From assembly GCA_963702205.1 (NCBI GenBank), contig OY969724.1:704001-768000 (forward strand): a DNA stretch of 64,000 nt, in the 5' to 3' direction. Below, one piece after another: positions 1 to 11,048 of the stretch (position 1 is the stretch's first letter; each line of letters opens with the position of its first letter). Source of the stretch: an uncultured candidate division Zixibacteria bacterium (lineage in GTDB: Bacteria; Zixibacteria; MSB-5A5; GN15; PGXB01). The notes beneath the pieces are model-generated. The model ran no database searches. It was not told the origin of the DNA and saw only the letters and a program-made list of their open reading frames with translations. The position numbers and the translations under genes are program-made.

Positions 1-1437
1 GAACACCTGCACAGGTTTGGTCAAGTCAACCATGTCAGGTGATATCCTGATGGTCAAAGAACCAACTCGCGACGTCTGGAGTTCGAAGCGATTATTTTCA
101 TATGAGGCCTTGATCACCGCCGACGGCTTCTCGCGCCGAAAGATATAGAAGGTCTTCGGCCGGGGCACTCTGCCATGGAGCGTAAGCAGACTATCTCCGC
201 GCTTAACATCGATCCTAACCTCTGCCGCATATCTAAACGTCGCCTTCAATTTGCCTAGGTCAGCGCCACTATTGACCGTCACTCCGTTGCCACCTATAAT
301 GATATCCGACGGCCGCACCCTAGCGTACCTCGCCACGAAATCCCCGTCTAGTACGGTGGCCACTCGCACGCCCGGAACGGTGCAGGTGTCGAACGTCATA
401 ATCCCCAGTGACACAGTGCTGTCGATCAGTGCCACGTTGTAGTCGACATACCAGTCCGCGGGATCATCGATTGTCACATCATCAATCTTCAACCAGTGGC
501 ACTCACCGTACTCGGGTGTTGCTGTCTCCCAATAGATAGCTTCTGGATAAGGACTGCGCGGATGTTGTTCAAGTGAATCCAATATCATCGCATAATCATA
601 GGTTAATATGCTGGCAATGTGCTCGCCATCAAGTTGGTGGTGGTAAATATTGGCGCCTGCCTGCCGTGCCATACTGATCGCGCGCTGCATTTGTGATGTA
701 GGGTAATACCTGTCTCGACTGGCCGTTGTGGCATAAACGTATGTGTTGCTCAGGTTAGGTGCATAAGTTGAGAAACCTCCATCTTCGCTACCGACACCCA
801 TCGATCCGTTAAGAGCAGCATATGCGGCAAAATCATCGGGGCGAACCATGGCGTACAGGAACGCGGCAGAGGCACCGTCGGAGATTCCGCTCAAGAAGAC
901 ACGATTGTCGTCGATATTGAAGTTCGACTTGAGCGCGCGAATTTGGGCCATCACGTTATCCATACCGACCCGGTCCCACCAGGTTGCTCCATCCTGACCA
1001 AAGGGAAAGAGAACCAGCCAACCGCGCTGCTCGGCAACCGACATGATAGCCGAGTCTCCAACGTACGTCTTCAAATCAGTTTCTATGTTTGGGCGACTAA
1101 CAATGCCGTGTAAATGGACCAGCAGTGGCGTCGCAATCCTGGGATTGTAGCCCGACGGCACGTAAAGGGCGTAAGGGCGAACGACACCGTCATCACACAA
1201 TGACTCTCCCCTAACGTCCTGCCCTTTCGTAGTATCAGGAAACGACAGCGACGTTAATTCAGCCATGACCGAGCGCCAGTTTAGCTGTGCCGTTTCAATC
1301 TGAACAATGAATGAATCCTGATTCACGCCGTCCGCAGAATTGATGAGTTCACTTAGCATGGTGTGCCAGTCTGCCGCCGAAGTAATCGGCGCTATTAACG
1401 ACAATAACCCAGCCACAATAGCTGCATATTTCTTCAT
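1..1437 (-). CDS. Secreted alpha/beta-hydrolase (esterase/PHB-depolymerase-like) with PDZ-like domain; 3' end runs off the window
   Basis: Not in the ORF track; hand-translated from ATG at 1437: MKKYAAIVAGLLSLIAPITSAADW (signal peptide), YALYVP...PLLVHLHG, nucleophile motif RVFLSGISDGA (GxSxG), then a PDZ-like segment (LGI...GVRVATV...DIIIGGNG). Frame is open to position 1. Confidence 0.8.
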   Translation of the reverse strand, partial: MKKYAAIVAGLLSLIAPITSAADWHTMLSELINSADGVNQDSFIVQIETAQLNWRSVMAELTSLSFPDTTKGQDVRGESLCDDGVVRPYALYVPSGYNPRIATPLLVHLHGIVSRPNIETDLKTYVGDSAIMSVAEQRGWLVLFPFGQDGATWWDRVGMDNVMAQIRALKSNFNIDDNRVFLSGISDGASAAFLYAMVRPDDFAAYAALNGSMGVGSEDGGFSTYAPNLSNTYVYATTASRDRYYPTSQMQRAISMARQAGANIYHHQLDGEHIASILTYDYAMILDSLEQHPRSPYPEAIYWETATPEYGECHWLKIDDVTIDDPADWYVDYNVALIDSTVSLGIMTFDTCTVPGVRVATVLDGDFVARYARVRPSDIIIGGNGVTVNSGADLGKLKATFRYAAEVRIDVKRGDSLLTLHGRVPRPKTFYIFRREKPSAVIKASYENNRFELQTSRVGSLTIRISPDMVDLTKPVQVF

Positions 1438-1580
1438 ATAATCTACCCTCGAGTCCGACGAGTCCTGTCTGTGGTAGATAGAATGTCAATCAATTCTCTG
1501 ATGCCTTCCTATACTCGAACCACTATGGACATGGTCGTTCCTGTCTTCCCCACATCAAGTTGGTCAGCACACTTGCACCA

Positions 1581-2096
1581 CTAGTCATATAGCCGCGAGC
1601 CCTTCTTTACAATTGGACAACTCACCCCATGAATAGTTCTGCGTGGCTCATTCCTATCGATCAGGTCTACTGTCCAGCCTTCTACCGAATACTCGACAAG
1701 CCTGAAATCGTAAACGTGTCCGGCTTCAGCATTGAAAGCGAACTTAAGACAGGCCTGATAAGCGCTACTCGGTAGAAATAGCTGACTAGTGGTACTCATA
1801 TCCCGTTTCGTCACCTGGCGCAATGTGAGTTGGTGGGAACCGGGGAGAAGCTCGAGCGTGTCTACGTAATCTATGTTCTCGGGTGTATCGCAATTGACCA
1901 CGAGCTTTTTCTCAAGACTCTCCAAATCATGCATTATGATGCGTGCAACCGCATCCGCCGGCTTTCTGGCGCCGTTCTCCGTTTCATACAGCACCCGCGT
2001 TCCGTGATACTCCCCCCCACATCCTACTGTCATTAAGGCAGTCAAAGACACGACCATGGAGAACGACGATTTGAGCCACTTCTTCCGTCTCTTCAT
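1581..2096 (-). CDS. Lipoprotein of unknown function (paralog of 2452-2955)
   Basis: Probable start MKRRKKW at 2096 behind RBS GGGAGGG. Lipobox-like TVGC. Shares VARI.MHDL, DTLE.LPG.H, VEYS...W.VDLIDR.EP, IHG..CP with 2452-2955. Confidence 0.75.
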   Translation of the reverse strand: MKRRKKWLKSSFSMVVSLTALMTVGCGGEYHGTRVLYETENGARKPADAVARIIMHDLESLEKKLVVNCDTPENIDYVDTLELLPGSHQLTLRQVTKRDMSTTSQLFLPSSAYQACLKFAFNAEAGHVYDFRLVEYSVEGWTVDLIDRNEPRRTIHGVSCPIVKKGSRLYD

Positions 2097-2145
2097 CTCA
2101 CCCTCCCGAATTAACTCACACTTCACGGATTTGTAATCAATCGAT

Positions 2146-2346
2146 TCATCGACCTTCTTCCAGCTCGGCTGGCCAGTTGAGTACAACCTCGTATTCGGCC
2201 GGGGAGGCTTCGTGTGCCGCGGCCTTAATGATCACGAACTCCTGGCCGTCACTGGTCGCGTCGTAGCCGAAGTAGGTGTAACTTGCCGATTCGTCCTTCC
2301 AGCGCGGACGCACCTCCAGTGGAAATAGCTTCTGGGGCTTGCCCAA
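2146..2346 (-). pseudogene. C-terminal remnant of a kinase/TolB-like propeller gene
   Basis: GYDATSDGQEFVII...EYEVVLNWPAELE matches the C-termini of the upstream kinases ([14 protein letters not shown]...[27 protein letters not shown]...DIEVVVNW). The rest of the gene is absent. Confidence 0.75.
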
Positions 2347-2451
2347 CCAGCAGAGTCGCGGCTCGGACTGTTAGAACGACCTTTGCGTTAGGCATATTAC
2401 CCTCTCCCCTCAAAACATTGTGTATCTGCCGCGTCCTGATTGTTTCCGGTG

Positions 2452-2955
2452 CTAGTCATATCTCCAGCCTACAAGGGGGCAGGTGGCGCCGTGGATGACT
2501 TTTTCCGGCTCCTGGCGGTCAATCAGATCGACTGCCCAGTTGCTGAATGAGTACTCGACCATCTTAAACTCGTACAAATGCCCCGACTTTACCTCGAACT
2601 TGAATAACCGGGCGGCCCGCGGGCTGCTCAACCAATAGGATACTTGTGACGAGCCGTGCAAGCTTTCTCGAAATAGAAGTCCCAGCACTATCCGGTGTGC
2701 TCCTGGGAGTACCTCAAGGGTATCTCTATAGTACACTGTCCGAGGGCCATCTACGATGATCACCAGATCTCTTTTGAGATTGCTCAGATCGTGCATGACA
2801 ATGCGTGCGACTTGATTTGCCGGCAGCCTTTCATCGCCGGGTTTTCCGTACATGACCTGTGTTTTGTGATAGTTCGTACCGCACCCCGCTACCAATTGGG
2901 TGACAAAGGCCACCAACATCAGCAGCACTACACTTCCGTACTTCTTCCGATTCAT
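2452..2955 (-). CDS. Lipoprotein of unknown function
   Basis: Basic N-terminus, hydrophobic stretch and lipobox LVAGC; RBS AGGAGGG upstream; paralog of 1581-2096. Confidence 0.8.
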   Translation of the reverse strand: MNRKKYGSVVLLMLVAFVTQLVAGCGTNYHKTQVMYGKPGDERLPANQVARIVMHDLSNLKRDLVIIVDGPRTVYYRDTLEVLPGAHRIVLGLLFRESLHGSSQVSYWLSSPRAARLFKFEVKSGHLYEFKMVEYSFSNWAVDLIDRQEPEKVIHGATCPLVGWRYD

Positions 2956-3007
2956 TACCCTGCCCTCCTATATCGATTCGAACCTCACGGTTCACTGGTA
3001 CCTGAAG

Positions 3008-5699
3008 TTATCGAGCATATTCCAACTCCGCCGACCAGTTAAGGATGACTTCGATATCGCCGGCACTGCTCCCCTTCTCGTCATATGGTGTCACAAACAG
3101 AAACCGCTGACCGTCGTTCGAGACATCATACCCCCAGACAGTCGCAAGCGGGTCACGAATATACTCCCGCGTGAAAAGTAATTTAGGCGCGCTATATCGA
3201 AAGCCCTCCCTAAGGTCGAGCTGAACCGCCACAAAGTCGTTTCCCTCGAAAAAGAACAGCTCTTCTGTCGCCGGGCAAAAACGGGCCTGGGCGCCGGTGT
3301 GGGACAGGCACCATCGTCGCGCAGGTTGCTGCATATCGCAGACGAATATACGCCCCTCATTACTGTCTAACTGGTAAAGGAGATATCGGCCATCACCGAT
3401 TACCCCCCGCGCCCTGACAGGAGTGTGTAAAGAGCACTTCTCCTCTACCCTATCTGGGTCTTCCATTTGACGGACCAAGACGCGGCGACGAACGTCTGAC
3501 GATTCGTCGTGAAGATACTCGCACCACCAGAGCTTGTTAGAGGCGGACCAGCTTAATGGAATGAAATCAGACAAGCCGGATTCAATCGCCGTTTTCGGAA
3601 CCGGATCATCCAAGCGGCAGTACCGAATTGCGGCCACGTCCGACACGCCGTAGCCACAATACGCTACCGACTTTCCATCCGATGACCAGATCGGGAAATA
3701 CTCGGCTCCACTGTTTGAAGTCAGTCGGGATGCCACACCCGTCTCGGTGTAGAACACGCCTATTTTGAACTCTGATGCGGGCGACTCCCTGAAGCTGTAA
3801 GCTACTTTTTCATTGTCCGGGGAAAGTGAAATCTCACTATAGTAAACAGTTGGTCCCAGCGTATCCAATTCTCGTCCGCTCCGATCAACCCAGACCAGCT
3901 GGCTTGGTGCCAGCCTACTCTTCTGCAGCACGAGTATGTCGTTTTTCGACATGCCGGCACAGAAGTTCAAAGCGTCGTTCGAAATGAGCACGGCGTCTTT
4001 CGACTCCCGGACGGCAATCGGTTCCCCTTCGAACGCAAGAGACTTGAGATTGACCTGGCGCATGAACAAAGCGCCCTGCTGCAAGTAGAGAACCTGATCG
4101 TTGGGCGTGCATATCCCTTGGGAATTGGCCACGCCGAGTACGCGGTTGTCAACACCTTCTATATCCCCGATCTTCAGAGTGATCTCGTCGTCGTAGCCGC
4201 CCCACACCCGGGGCAGCGCTATGTAGACGAAATGACGCCCGTCGGACAGAAAGCTAGGCGTACCGGCGATTATCTCCCCCAGGCTGGTATCGGGACTTGT
4301 TGCCAGGGTAGGTTCGCCGCCAGAAGCAGAGACCTGGTAAATGGCGTGCGCGTCGTTGGGGTGATCATCGAATACGATCACATCCCGGCTACCCCAACTG
4401 CCGTCACCGCCGTTGGCTCGGCATATCAGTTGGGGCGAACCTCCGTCGGCCGCAACCTTCTTTAACTGTTTCCCTGCTTTGTCAAAATAGCCCAGGGTAC
4501 TTGCTATCGGGCGACCAGAAGGGGCGAAGAGCATCTGAAGTCCCGGGAAGAGGGAAAGCTACCGGTGAGTCGAGTGGTCGTACCCAGATCTGCGACCCGC
4601 CGGCGCTGTCGTAACCGGTAAACGCTAGAGATTTTCCATCGGGAGAGATCAATGGCATATTCATCCTGAGTATCCCCGGTGGCTTGGGAATTGTGAAACG
4701 AACGGTCCCCGCAGTGCGATCATCTTCCTTCAAAGCCCGTCCGCCAAGTATCAGCGCAATCAGGACACAGAGCGACGCCACACTCCACGCGACGGTCACA
4801 CCCCGCCGCCGTTTCGATGCCACCGGCGCCGGGATGCCCGCCTGTGACCCGGCCGAGGCGATCCACTCCAATTCATCTTTCAGATCGGCCGCTGATTGCC
4901 AGCGATCATCCGGGTCTTTTGCCAGACACTTCCGGATCAAACGATCAAGAGCCGGCGGAGAGGTCGGTTGAAGATCCGTTATAGAACGCGGCTCGTCCTT
5001 CATGATCGATCCGATCAAGCTCGCCCGGCTTGTCCCGGTGAAAGCTCGGCTTCCGGTTGCCATCTCGTACAGCACAGCGCCAAAAGAGAAGATATCGCTG
5101 CGTGGGTCTGCTTCCTTTGCCTCCAATTGTTCCGGCGACATATACTGCAGGGTTCCGACAATCGCCCCCGCTCCCGTTACGGGAGTGGTCTGTGTCTCCT
5201 CATTCATACCGACCACGGCTCCCGAGTGAAGTTTGGCCAGACCGAAATCGAGCAGCTTGGCGCCGTCCTTGGTTAGGAAGATGTTCCCCGGCTTGAGATC
5301 GCGGTGGACGACACCCTTGCGATGCGCCGCTTCCAGCGCGCCCGCCACCTGACTGCCGATTTCGAGGACTTTCGTGATGTCTAGTTTCCCTTTCACCAGG
5401 CGATCGGCGAGCGATTCCCCTTCCAGCAGTTCCATGACCAGGAAATAGACGCCGTTTTCATGCCCGATATCGTGCAGGGTGCAGATGTTCGGATGGTTCA
5501 GACTTGAGATAGTTTTCGCTTCACGTTCGAAACGAGCCCGGGCATCTTCATTCATCGCCGACTGTGGCGGCAGCACTTTGAGAGCCACCGTGCGACCCAG
5601 CCGCGTATCTGTTGCTTTGTACACTTCGCCCATGCCACCGGTCCCGGCGGGAGCGTCGATCTCATAAGACCCAAGCTTGTAGCCTTGTTCCAGACTCAT
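3008..5699 (-). CDS. Ser/Thr protein kinase + TM + TolB-like beta-propeller, split by a +1 frameshift at about 4495-4497
   Basis: Hanks motifs [29 protein letters not shown] in 4482-5699; propeller repeats (WSPD, LSPD) continue in 3008-4534. Removing one base from GGG at 4495-4497 restores [14 protein letters not shown]. Confidence 0.85.
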
Positions 5700-8395
5700 T
5701 ACTTCACTCCGAATTCTGTTTGCCAGTTGACGACTACCTCTATATCCCCAGTCGAATCGTCGGGCGAACTGACCGGGGCAACGAACAGAAATTTCTGGCC
5801 GTCGGAAGATATGTCATAACCCCAACGCGTAATCCACAAGTCTATCCACAGCTGACGGGTGAACAGCATCCTTGGAGTATCATGGTTAAACCCATCTTCT
5901 AGATTTTCGCTGACGACCATAAATTTGTCATCGTTGAAATAAAATATTTCATTTCCCATGGGGCTCCATTTTATTTTGTCTCCATTCTCGGTAATCCGCC
6001 ATCGAAGACCCGGGGTTGTCATGTCATATACGTAGAAGATTGGTCGCCGCAAGCCAATGATTTTCTGACAAAGCAGATATCGACCATCGGAAGATATATC
6101 ACGAGGGTTTAATTGTTCCGGAATCTCGAAGTAAAATTCAGGGGGGCTCGCTTGAGCCAGGTCAAATTTAAGTATCCGCCTGTTTCTTTGATATGGGGCG
6201 GGGTATTCACCAACCCACAATATATTTGAAGAAGACCATAATAACGGCACACATTCCGAAGAATCGGAAACCGCAAGTCTTCGGCTGCTGGCGTTACCAA
6301 GCCGGCAATATTCAATAGTGGTGGTATCACTCGCATGTCCGGCGAAGGCGATAGCAGATTCATCGGGCGACCAAACGGGGAAGAGTTCCTGATATTCATT
6401 GGCCGTGACGCGGACGTCTCGACCGCTTTTCAAATCAATGACCCCGATACGGAAGTCCTGCGTTTCAGAATGGCGCCCATGATATGCCACATATCGATTA
6501 TCCGGGGACAGCTTGATATCGCCGTAGATCGCGGGCTCTCCGATCGTATCCAATTCCCGGCCGTTTCTGTCCACCCAAACCAATTGCCCGAGTCTGGGAG
6601 GTCCCTTCTTCCACGCAATGATACCGTTTTGAGAGGCACTGGCATTCATTTGCATACCAGCCGATCGCGAAGAAGATATGGCCATTTCGGTTATCGGGAC
6701 GGGATCACCCTTCAACTCGAGCGAGCCGGTGTCAAACTTGTGCATGACCAAAAATCCATTCTTCAAATACATCAAGTAACCCGGTTCACAATAGATTGCC
6801 CTGACGCCTATTTTGCCAATTACTTTGGTTTCGTTATTATCTATACTGCCGGCTTTCAGGATCAAATCATCAGTTGACGAAGTCCATGACAGGGGTTGAT
6901 CGTTGTAAACGAAGTGCCGGCCGTCCGGCAGGAAACACGGCCAGGACACATATTTTTCACCAGACATGGAATCAGGTATTACCGCAATTGCCGGTTCACC
7001 GCCTGATATAGATGCCTTCCCAATTCCCACTCCATTAAAATCGTCGAACAAAATAATCCCATTTGTACCCCACGTACCATCGGCTCCGTCGGCTTTAAAC
7101 AAAATAATCGGCGGTCCACCCTCGATGGATACTTTCTTGAAGCAGCCATCAACGGCGTCGTAAAAAGCCAAACTCTTGCTGTCGGGTGACCAAAATGGCC
7201 GTCCTTGAGGATTAGGGGTCGATACAGTTGTACTTGGCAATCGATATGCTTCTGGATCCGCAAGCGGGCGTATCCATATCTGCGAAGTGCCCAGACTATC
7301 ATAACCCAGGAACGCCAGGTAGCGGCCGTCGGGAGAAATCTGTGGCCAGTCGACATCAACCACACCCTCTGGTTTGTGGATAGTGAAGCGGAAGCTCTGG
7401 GATGCCGGGCTCTTATGGGTCAACTGCTGCCAGCCGAGGGTCGCCGCGACAACAGCGAGCAGAGCGGCGGCGATCCACGCCGTTCGCAAACCTGCTTGTC
7501 GTTTCACCCTCAGCTTGAAAGCAGAAGAACTTCCGGACTCCAGCGAACGTCTGAAGCGCATCAAATCGGCCAGCATGCCGTCCGCGTGCTGATAACGAGT
7601 CTTTACATCTTTCTCGAGGGCTTTCTCGATGACAAACTGTAAACGATCCGGCAGACCCGCCTTGAAACGTGCCAACGGTTCCGGGAGATCATCGACCACC
7701 GCTTTCAGTGTAGCCGCCTCTGAATCGCGTTTGAACGGGTTCTGCTTGGTCAGAAGTTCGTACAGAACAACGCCGAGCGAGAAGAGGTCGCTGCGGTGGT
7801 CGACCTCCTGTCCCCGCACCTGCTCCGGCGACATGTAACCGACCGTACCCAAAGTCGAACCGGTCTTGGTTAGCTGCTCGGAACCCTGGATCGAGGCCAG
7901 ACCGAAATCGACAATGCGTACCCGTCCGTGGCTGTCTAACAGAATATTCGACGGCTTTATATCCCGATGGATAATACCCTTGTCATGCGCCGCCTGAAGA
8001 CCTTCGCACGCTTGTATTGCTATTTCTATGATCTTTTCAAGCGGCAGGTCTTTCCCGGCGATCACATCGCGCAGAGACCGCCCCTCGATCACCTGCATCG
8101 CAAAGAACGGCCGGCCATTGAATTCTCCGACTTCATAGATTGCAGCGATATTAGGATGATCTAGCCCGGCCGCGGCGTGGGCCTCGCGCGTGAAGCGTTT
8201 GCGGCAGTCGTCGTCCGGGCACAGATGAGGTGGCAGGAATTTTAGGGCGACTTTGCGATTGAGTTTGCTGTCCAGTGCCAGATAGACTTCCCCCATGCCA
8301 CCGGCACCGATTTTGTCGATGATGCGGTAGTGCCCCACCTCGGTGCCCGAGGTCAAGGAAACGTACGTGCGGGTCTTGTCGTCGTCAGATTGCAT
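5699..8395 (-). CDS. Ser/Thr protein kinase + TM + TolB-like beta-propeller
   Basis: [45 protein letters not shown]; repeated SPDG/WSPD propeller motifs. Confidence 0.92.
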   Translation of the reverse strand: MQSDDDKTRTYVSLTSGTEVGHYRIIDKIGAGGMGEVYLALDSKLNRKVALKFLPPHLCPDDDCRKRFTREAHAAAGLDHPNIAAIYEVGEFNGRPFFAMQVIEGRSLRDVIAGKDLPLEKIIEIAIQACEGLQAAHDKGIIHRDIKPSNILLDSHGRVRIVDFGLASIQGSEQLTKTGSTLGTVGYMSPEQVRGQEVDHRSDLFSLGVVLYELLTKQNPFKRDSEAATLKAVVDDLPEPLARFKAGLPDRLQFVIEKALEKDVKTRYQHADGMLADLMRFRRSLESGSSSAFKLRVKRQAGLRTAWIAAALLAVVAATLGWQQLTHKSPASQSFRFTIHKPEGVVDVDWPQISPDGRYLAFLGYDSLGTSQIWIRPLADPEAYRLPSTTVSTPNPQGRPFWSPDSKSLAFYDAVDGCFKKVSIEGGPPIILFKADGADGTWGTNGIILFDDFNGVGIGKASISGGEPAIAVIPDSMSGEKYVSWPCFLPDGRHFVYNDQPLSWTSSTDDLILKAGSIDNNETKVIGKIGVRAIYCEPGYLMYLKNGFLVMHKFDTGSLELKGDPVPITEMAISSSRSAGMQMNASASQNGIIAWKKGPPRLGQLVWVDRNGRELDTIGEPAIYGDIKLSPDNRYVAYHGRHSETQDFRIGVIDLKSGRDVRVTANEYQELFPVWSPDESAIAFAGHASDTTTIEYCRLGNASSRRLAVSDSSECVPLLWSSSNILWVGEYPAPYQRNRRILKFDLAQASPPEFYFEIPEQLNPRDISSDGRYLLCQKIIGLRRPIFYVYDMTTPGLRWRITENGDKIKWSPMGNEIFYFNDDKFMVVSENLEDGFNHDTPRMLFTRQLWIDLWITRWGYDISSDGQKFLFVAPVSSPDDSTGDIEVVVNWQTEFGVK

Positions 8396-8396
8396 G

Positions 8397-11048
8397 CTAC
8401 TTTTTCTCTTCTTCTGGATCGAATCGCCCTATCAACCAGACGTCGGAAGTGGTCGTCCCGGATACATAGACTATTGATTTGAAGTCAGGAGCTAGATCAA
8501 GAGTAACCTCGGCAAAAGGGCCAATACCAAACGGGAGAGTCATCAGGGTATCGACCAGTCTGGTTTTGATGTTTACACTACAGAGGTTGCTCGTCTCCCG
8601 GCTATAACGGTAATAGTAGATTAGCCGACCGTCGTCAGACCATAGCAGTGGGACCGCTCTGAAGATGCTATCCACAACAACTTGCCGCGGTTGGTCCCCG
8701 TTCAGCGACATAATCCAGATTCCATCCTCACTGTCCGGATATCGATTCCACATGACAGCTACCATCGATTTGTCCGGGCTCACATGGGGATTGAAGATCC
8801 AGCCGTTGGACTCCTCGTGAAGTAACTCGCGCTCGGTCCCGGTCTCGACGTCAACGCACATGATGTTCCGATTGCCGGGCTTCTGGTAGAGGATTTCTCC
8901 ATTCACACTCCAGTAGAGACCGAGTGAATAGAACGACGTCTCAGAAGAGGAGTAGCTTCGGGTCGTCCCTGTAGACAAGCTCAGTGTCCTCAGGTAATAA
9001 GCATTGCCGTCCTCTGAATGCAGGTACGCTAGAAACTCACCGTCCGGCGACCAGACCGGGCTGTTGTTGCAGGCGCCGTCGAAAGTCAGGCGCTCGGATT
9101 TTCCTCCTTCCATGGACACGCGGTAGACGTCCATCCGGCCATCTTTGAGCATCGTGTAAGCGACCGACTTGCCGCTAGGCGAGATAGCCGGTTGGTCAAC
9201 CAACGCTGTTCCGGAAGTGAGCTGAAGTGTCGGTGCTATGCCGTTACGATCGACGGCAGCTCGAAGAAGATTGGAGGTGGCCAATCTGCGGTTGTAAAGC
9301 AGACTCTTGTTGTCGCTGGCGACTGAAAAGCTGATCGCGGTCAAATCAGGCATAACGGTTTGCGGTTGGCCCGCACGATTCCCGTTCCTGGGGTCTATCC
9401 TCACCTTCATCAAGGATTTTCCGCCAACCATGTTATCCTGGAGATAGTATATTGCGTCGCCTGATGCCGACCAGCGTGCCGTCGAAAAATCTCCCTCGCA
9501 AATCTTGACCCCTTTACCTCCGGTGACCGGCACAGTCCACAGGGCGTTCATCACTGAGCCATTGCTTGTCAACAGGAACAGGTTACCTTTTGGAGACCAA
9601 TCAAGGTTATCTACCCATTCTCGCTCGACGTCGATCGGTATGGGTGAGGAGGTTTGAGACAGGAGATCATAGACCAGAATGGTGTCGCCCTTTCGGCAGC
9701 TGTTATGCTTCGCTACTCGATTGCCATCGGGAGACCAGGCCAGGGCCAAACTGCCGCAGACACCGCCGGGCAGGCGCCGGGATGCGCCACCGAGCCTTGG
9801 CAGAATAAAGCAGGCATTGAGGGAGTCCCCCCAGCAACATGTGGCGATAGTCGCGCCGTCGGGCGACCATCGGAATCCCATCATGTAATCGCTTTCTAAC
9901 AGCTGTACCGCGTTACCTCCATGAAAATCGGCGACGTACAGACATTCTTTCCCGTTGATCTGCCGTGACGCTGCGTAGAAGGAGCCATCGGGGGAGATTT
10001 CGCACTTCTCCACGTCTCCGAAGTAAGTGATCTGACGTTGGGTGTACTGCGGTGTGGATCCGTTTCTATCGGAGTCCAGGAGTTGAAACGCGAAAAACGC
10101 GAGGACCGCGACTGCCAATATGATCAAGGCTGAAAGGGCGAACCGGTGCGATCGCGCCCTGATTGGCAACTTGGCCGTATGCTCTCCCGAATCGGAAATC
10201 CGTTTGATCCGCACTAGATCTGCCTTGATGTCATCCGCGTGCTGGTAGCGGGTCTTGACATCTTTGTCCAGGGCCTTGTCAAGGATCGGCTGGAGTGAGT
10301 CCGGCAAGTTCACGCGGTATCTGGCGGCCGGATGGGGGAGATCGTCACTCACCGCTTTCAACGTCGCCGCTTCAGAATCGCGCTTAAACGGGTTCTGCTT
10401 TGTCAGCAACTCGTACAGAACAACCCCAAGGGAAAACAGGTCGCTGCGGTGGTCGACCTCCTGCCCCCGCACCTGCTCCGGCGACATATACCCGACCGTC
10501 CCTAGTGTCGAACCGGTTTTCGTGAGTTGCTCGGAACCCCGAACCGATGCCAGCCCAAAGTCGACGATGCGCACGCGACCGTGACTGTCGAGGAGCACAT
10601 TGGATGGCTTGATATCCCGATGAATGATCCCCTTGTCATGAGCCGACTGCAGCCCCTCACAAATCTGAATGGCTATCTCCAGGATGCGGTCTATTGGCAG
10701 GTCTTTGCCCGCAATCACTTCCCGCAGCGACTGCCCCTCGACAATCTGCATTGCGAAGAACGGTCGGCCGCTGTGCTCGCCCACTTCATGAATAGCCGCA
10801 ATGTTCGGATGATCGAGCCCCGCTGCGGCCTGAGCTTCACGGGTAAATCGCTTGCGGCAATCCTCATCCTGACACAGATGCGGTGGCAGGAATTTTAGGG
10901 CGACTTTGCGATTGAGTTTGCTGTCCAGTGCCAGATAGACTTCCCCCATGCCACCGGCACCGATTTTGTCGATGATGCGGTAGTGCCCCACCTCGGTACC
11001 GGATACCAGGTGAACGTGAGTACGGGTCCTGTCGTCGTCAGATTGCAT
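8397..11048 (-). CDS. Ser/Thr protein kinase + TM + TolB-like (PD40) beta-propeller
   Basis: Same kinase motifs. Probable start MQSDDDRT at 11048, overlapping the upstream stop. Many WSPDG repeats. Confidence 0.92.
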   Translation of the reverse strand: MQSDDDRTRTHVHLVSGTEVGHYRIIDKIGAGGMGEVYLALDSKLNRKVALKFLPPHLCQDEDCRKRFTREAQAAAGLDHPNIAAIHEVGEHSGRPFFAMQIVEGQSLREVIAGKDLPIDRILEIAIQICEGLQSAHDKGIIHRDIKPSNVLLDSHGRVRIVDFGLASVRGSEQLTKTGSTLGTVGYMSPEQVRGQEVDHRSDLFSLGVVLYELLTKQNPFKRDSEAATLKAVSDDLPHPAARYRVNLPDSLQPILDKALDKDVKTRYQHADDIKADLVRIKRISDSGEHTAKLPIRARSHRFALSALIILAVAVLAFFAFQLLDSDRNGSTPQYTQRQITYFGDVEKCEISPDGSFYAASRQINGKECLYVADFHGGNAVQLLESDYMMGFRWSPDGATIATCCWGDSLNACFILPRLGGASRRLPGGVCGSLALAWSPDGNRVAKHNSCRKGDTILVYDLLSQTSSPIPIDVEREWVDNLDWSPKGNLFLLTSNGSVMNALWTVPVTGGKGVKICEGDFSTARWSASGDAIYYLQDNMVGGKSLMKVRIDPRNGNRAGQPQTVMPDLTAISFSVASDNKSLLYNRRLATSNLLRAAVDRNGIAPTLQLTSGTALVDQPAISPSGKSVAYTMLKDGRMDVYRVSMEGGKSERLTFDGACNNSPVWSPDGEFLAYLHSEDGNAYYLRTLSLSTGTTRSYSSSETSFYSLGLYWSVNGEILYQKPGNRNIMCVDVETGTERELLHEESNGWIFNPHVSPDKSMVAVMWNRYPDSEDGIWIMSLNGDQPRQVVVDSIFRAVPLLWSDDGRLIYYYRYSRETSNLCSVNIKTRLVDTLMTLPFGIGPFAEVTLDLAPDFKSIVYVSGTTTSDVWLIGRFDPEEEKK

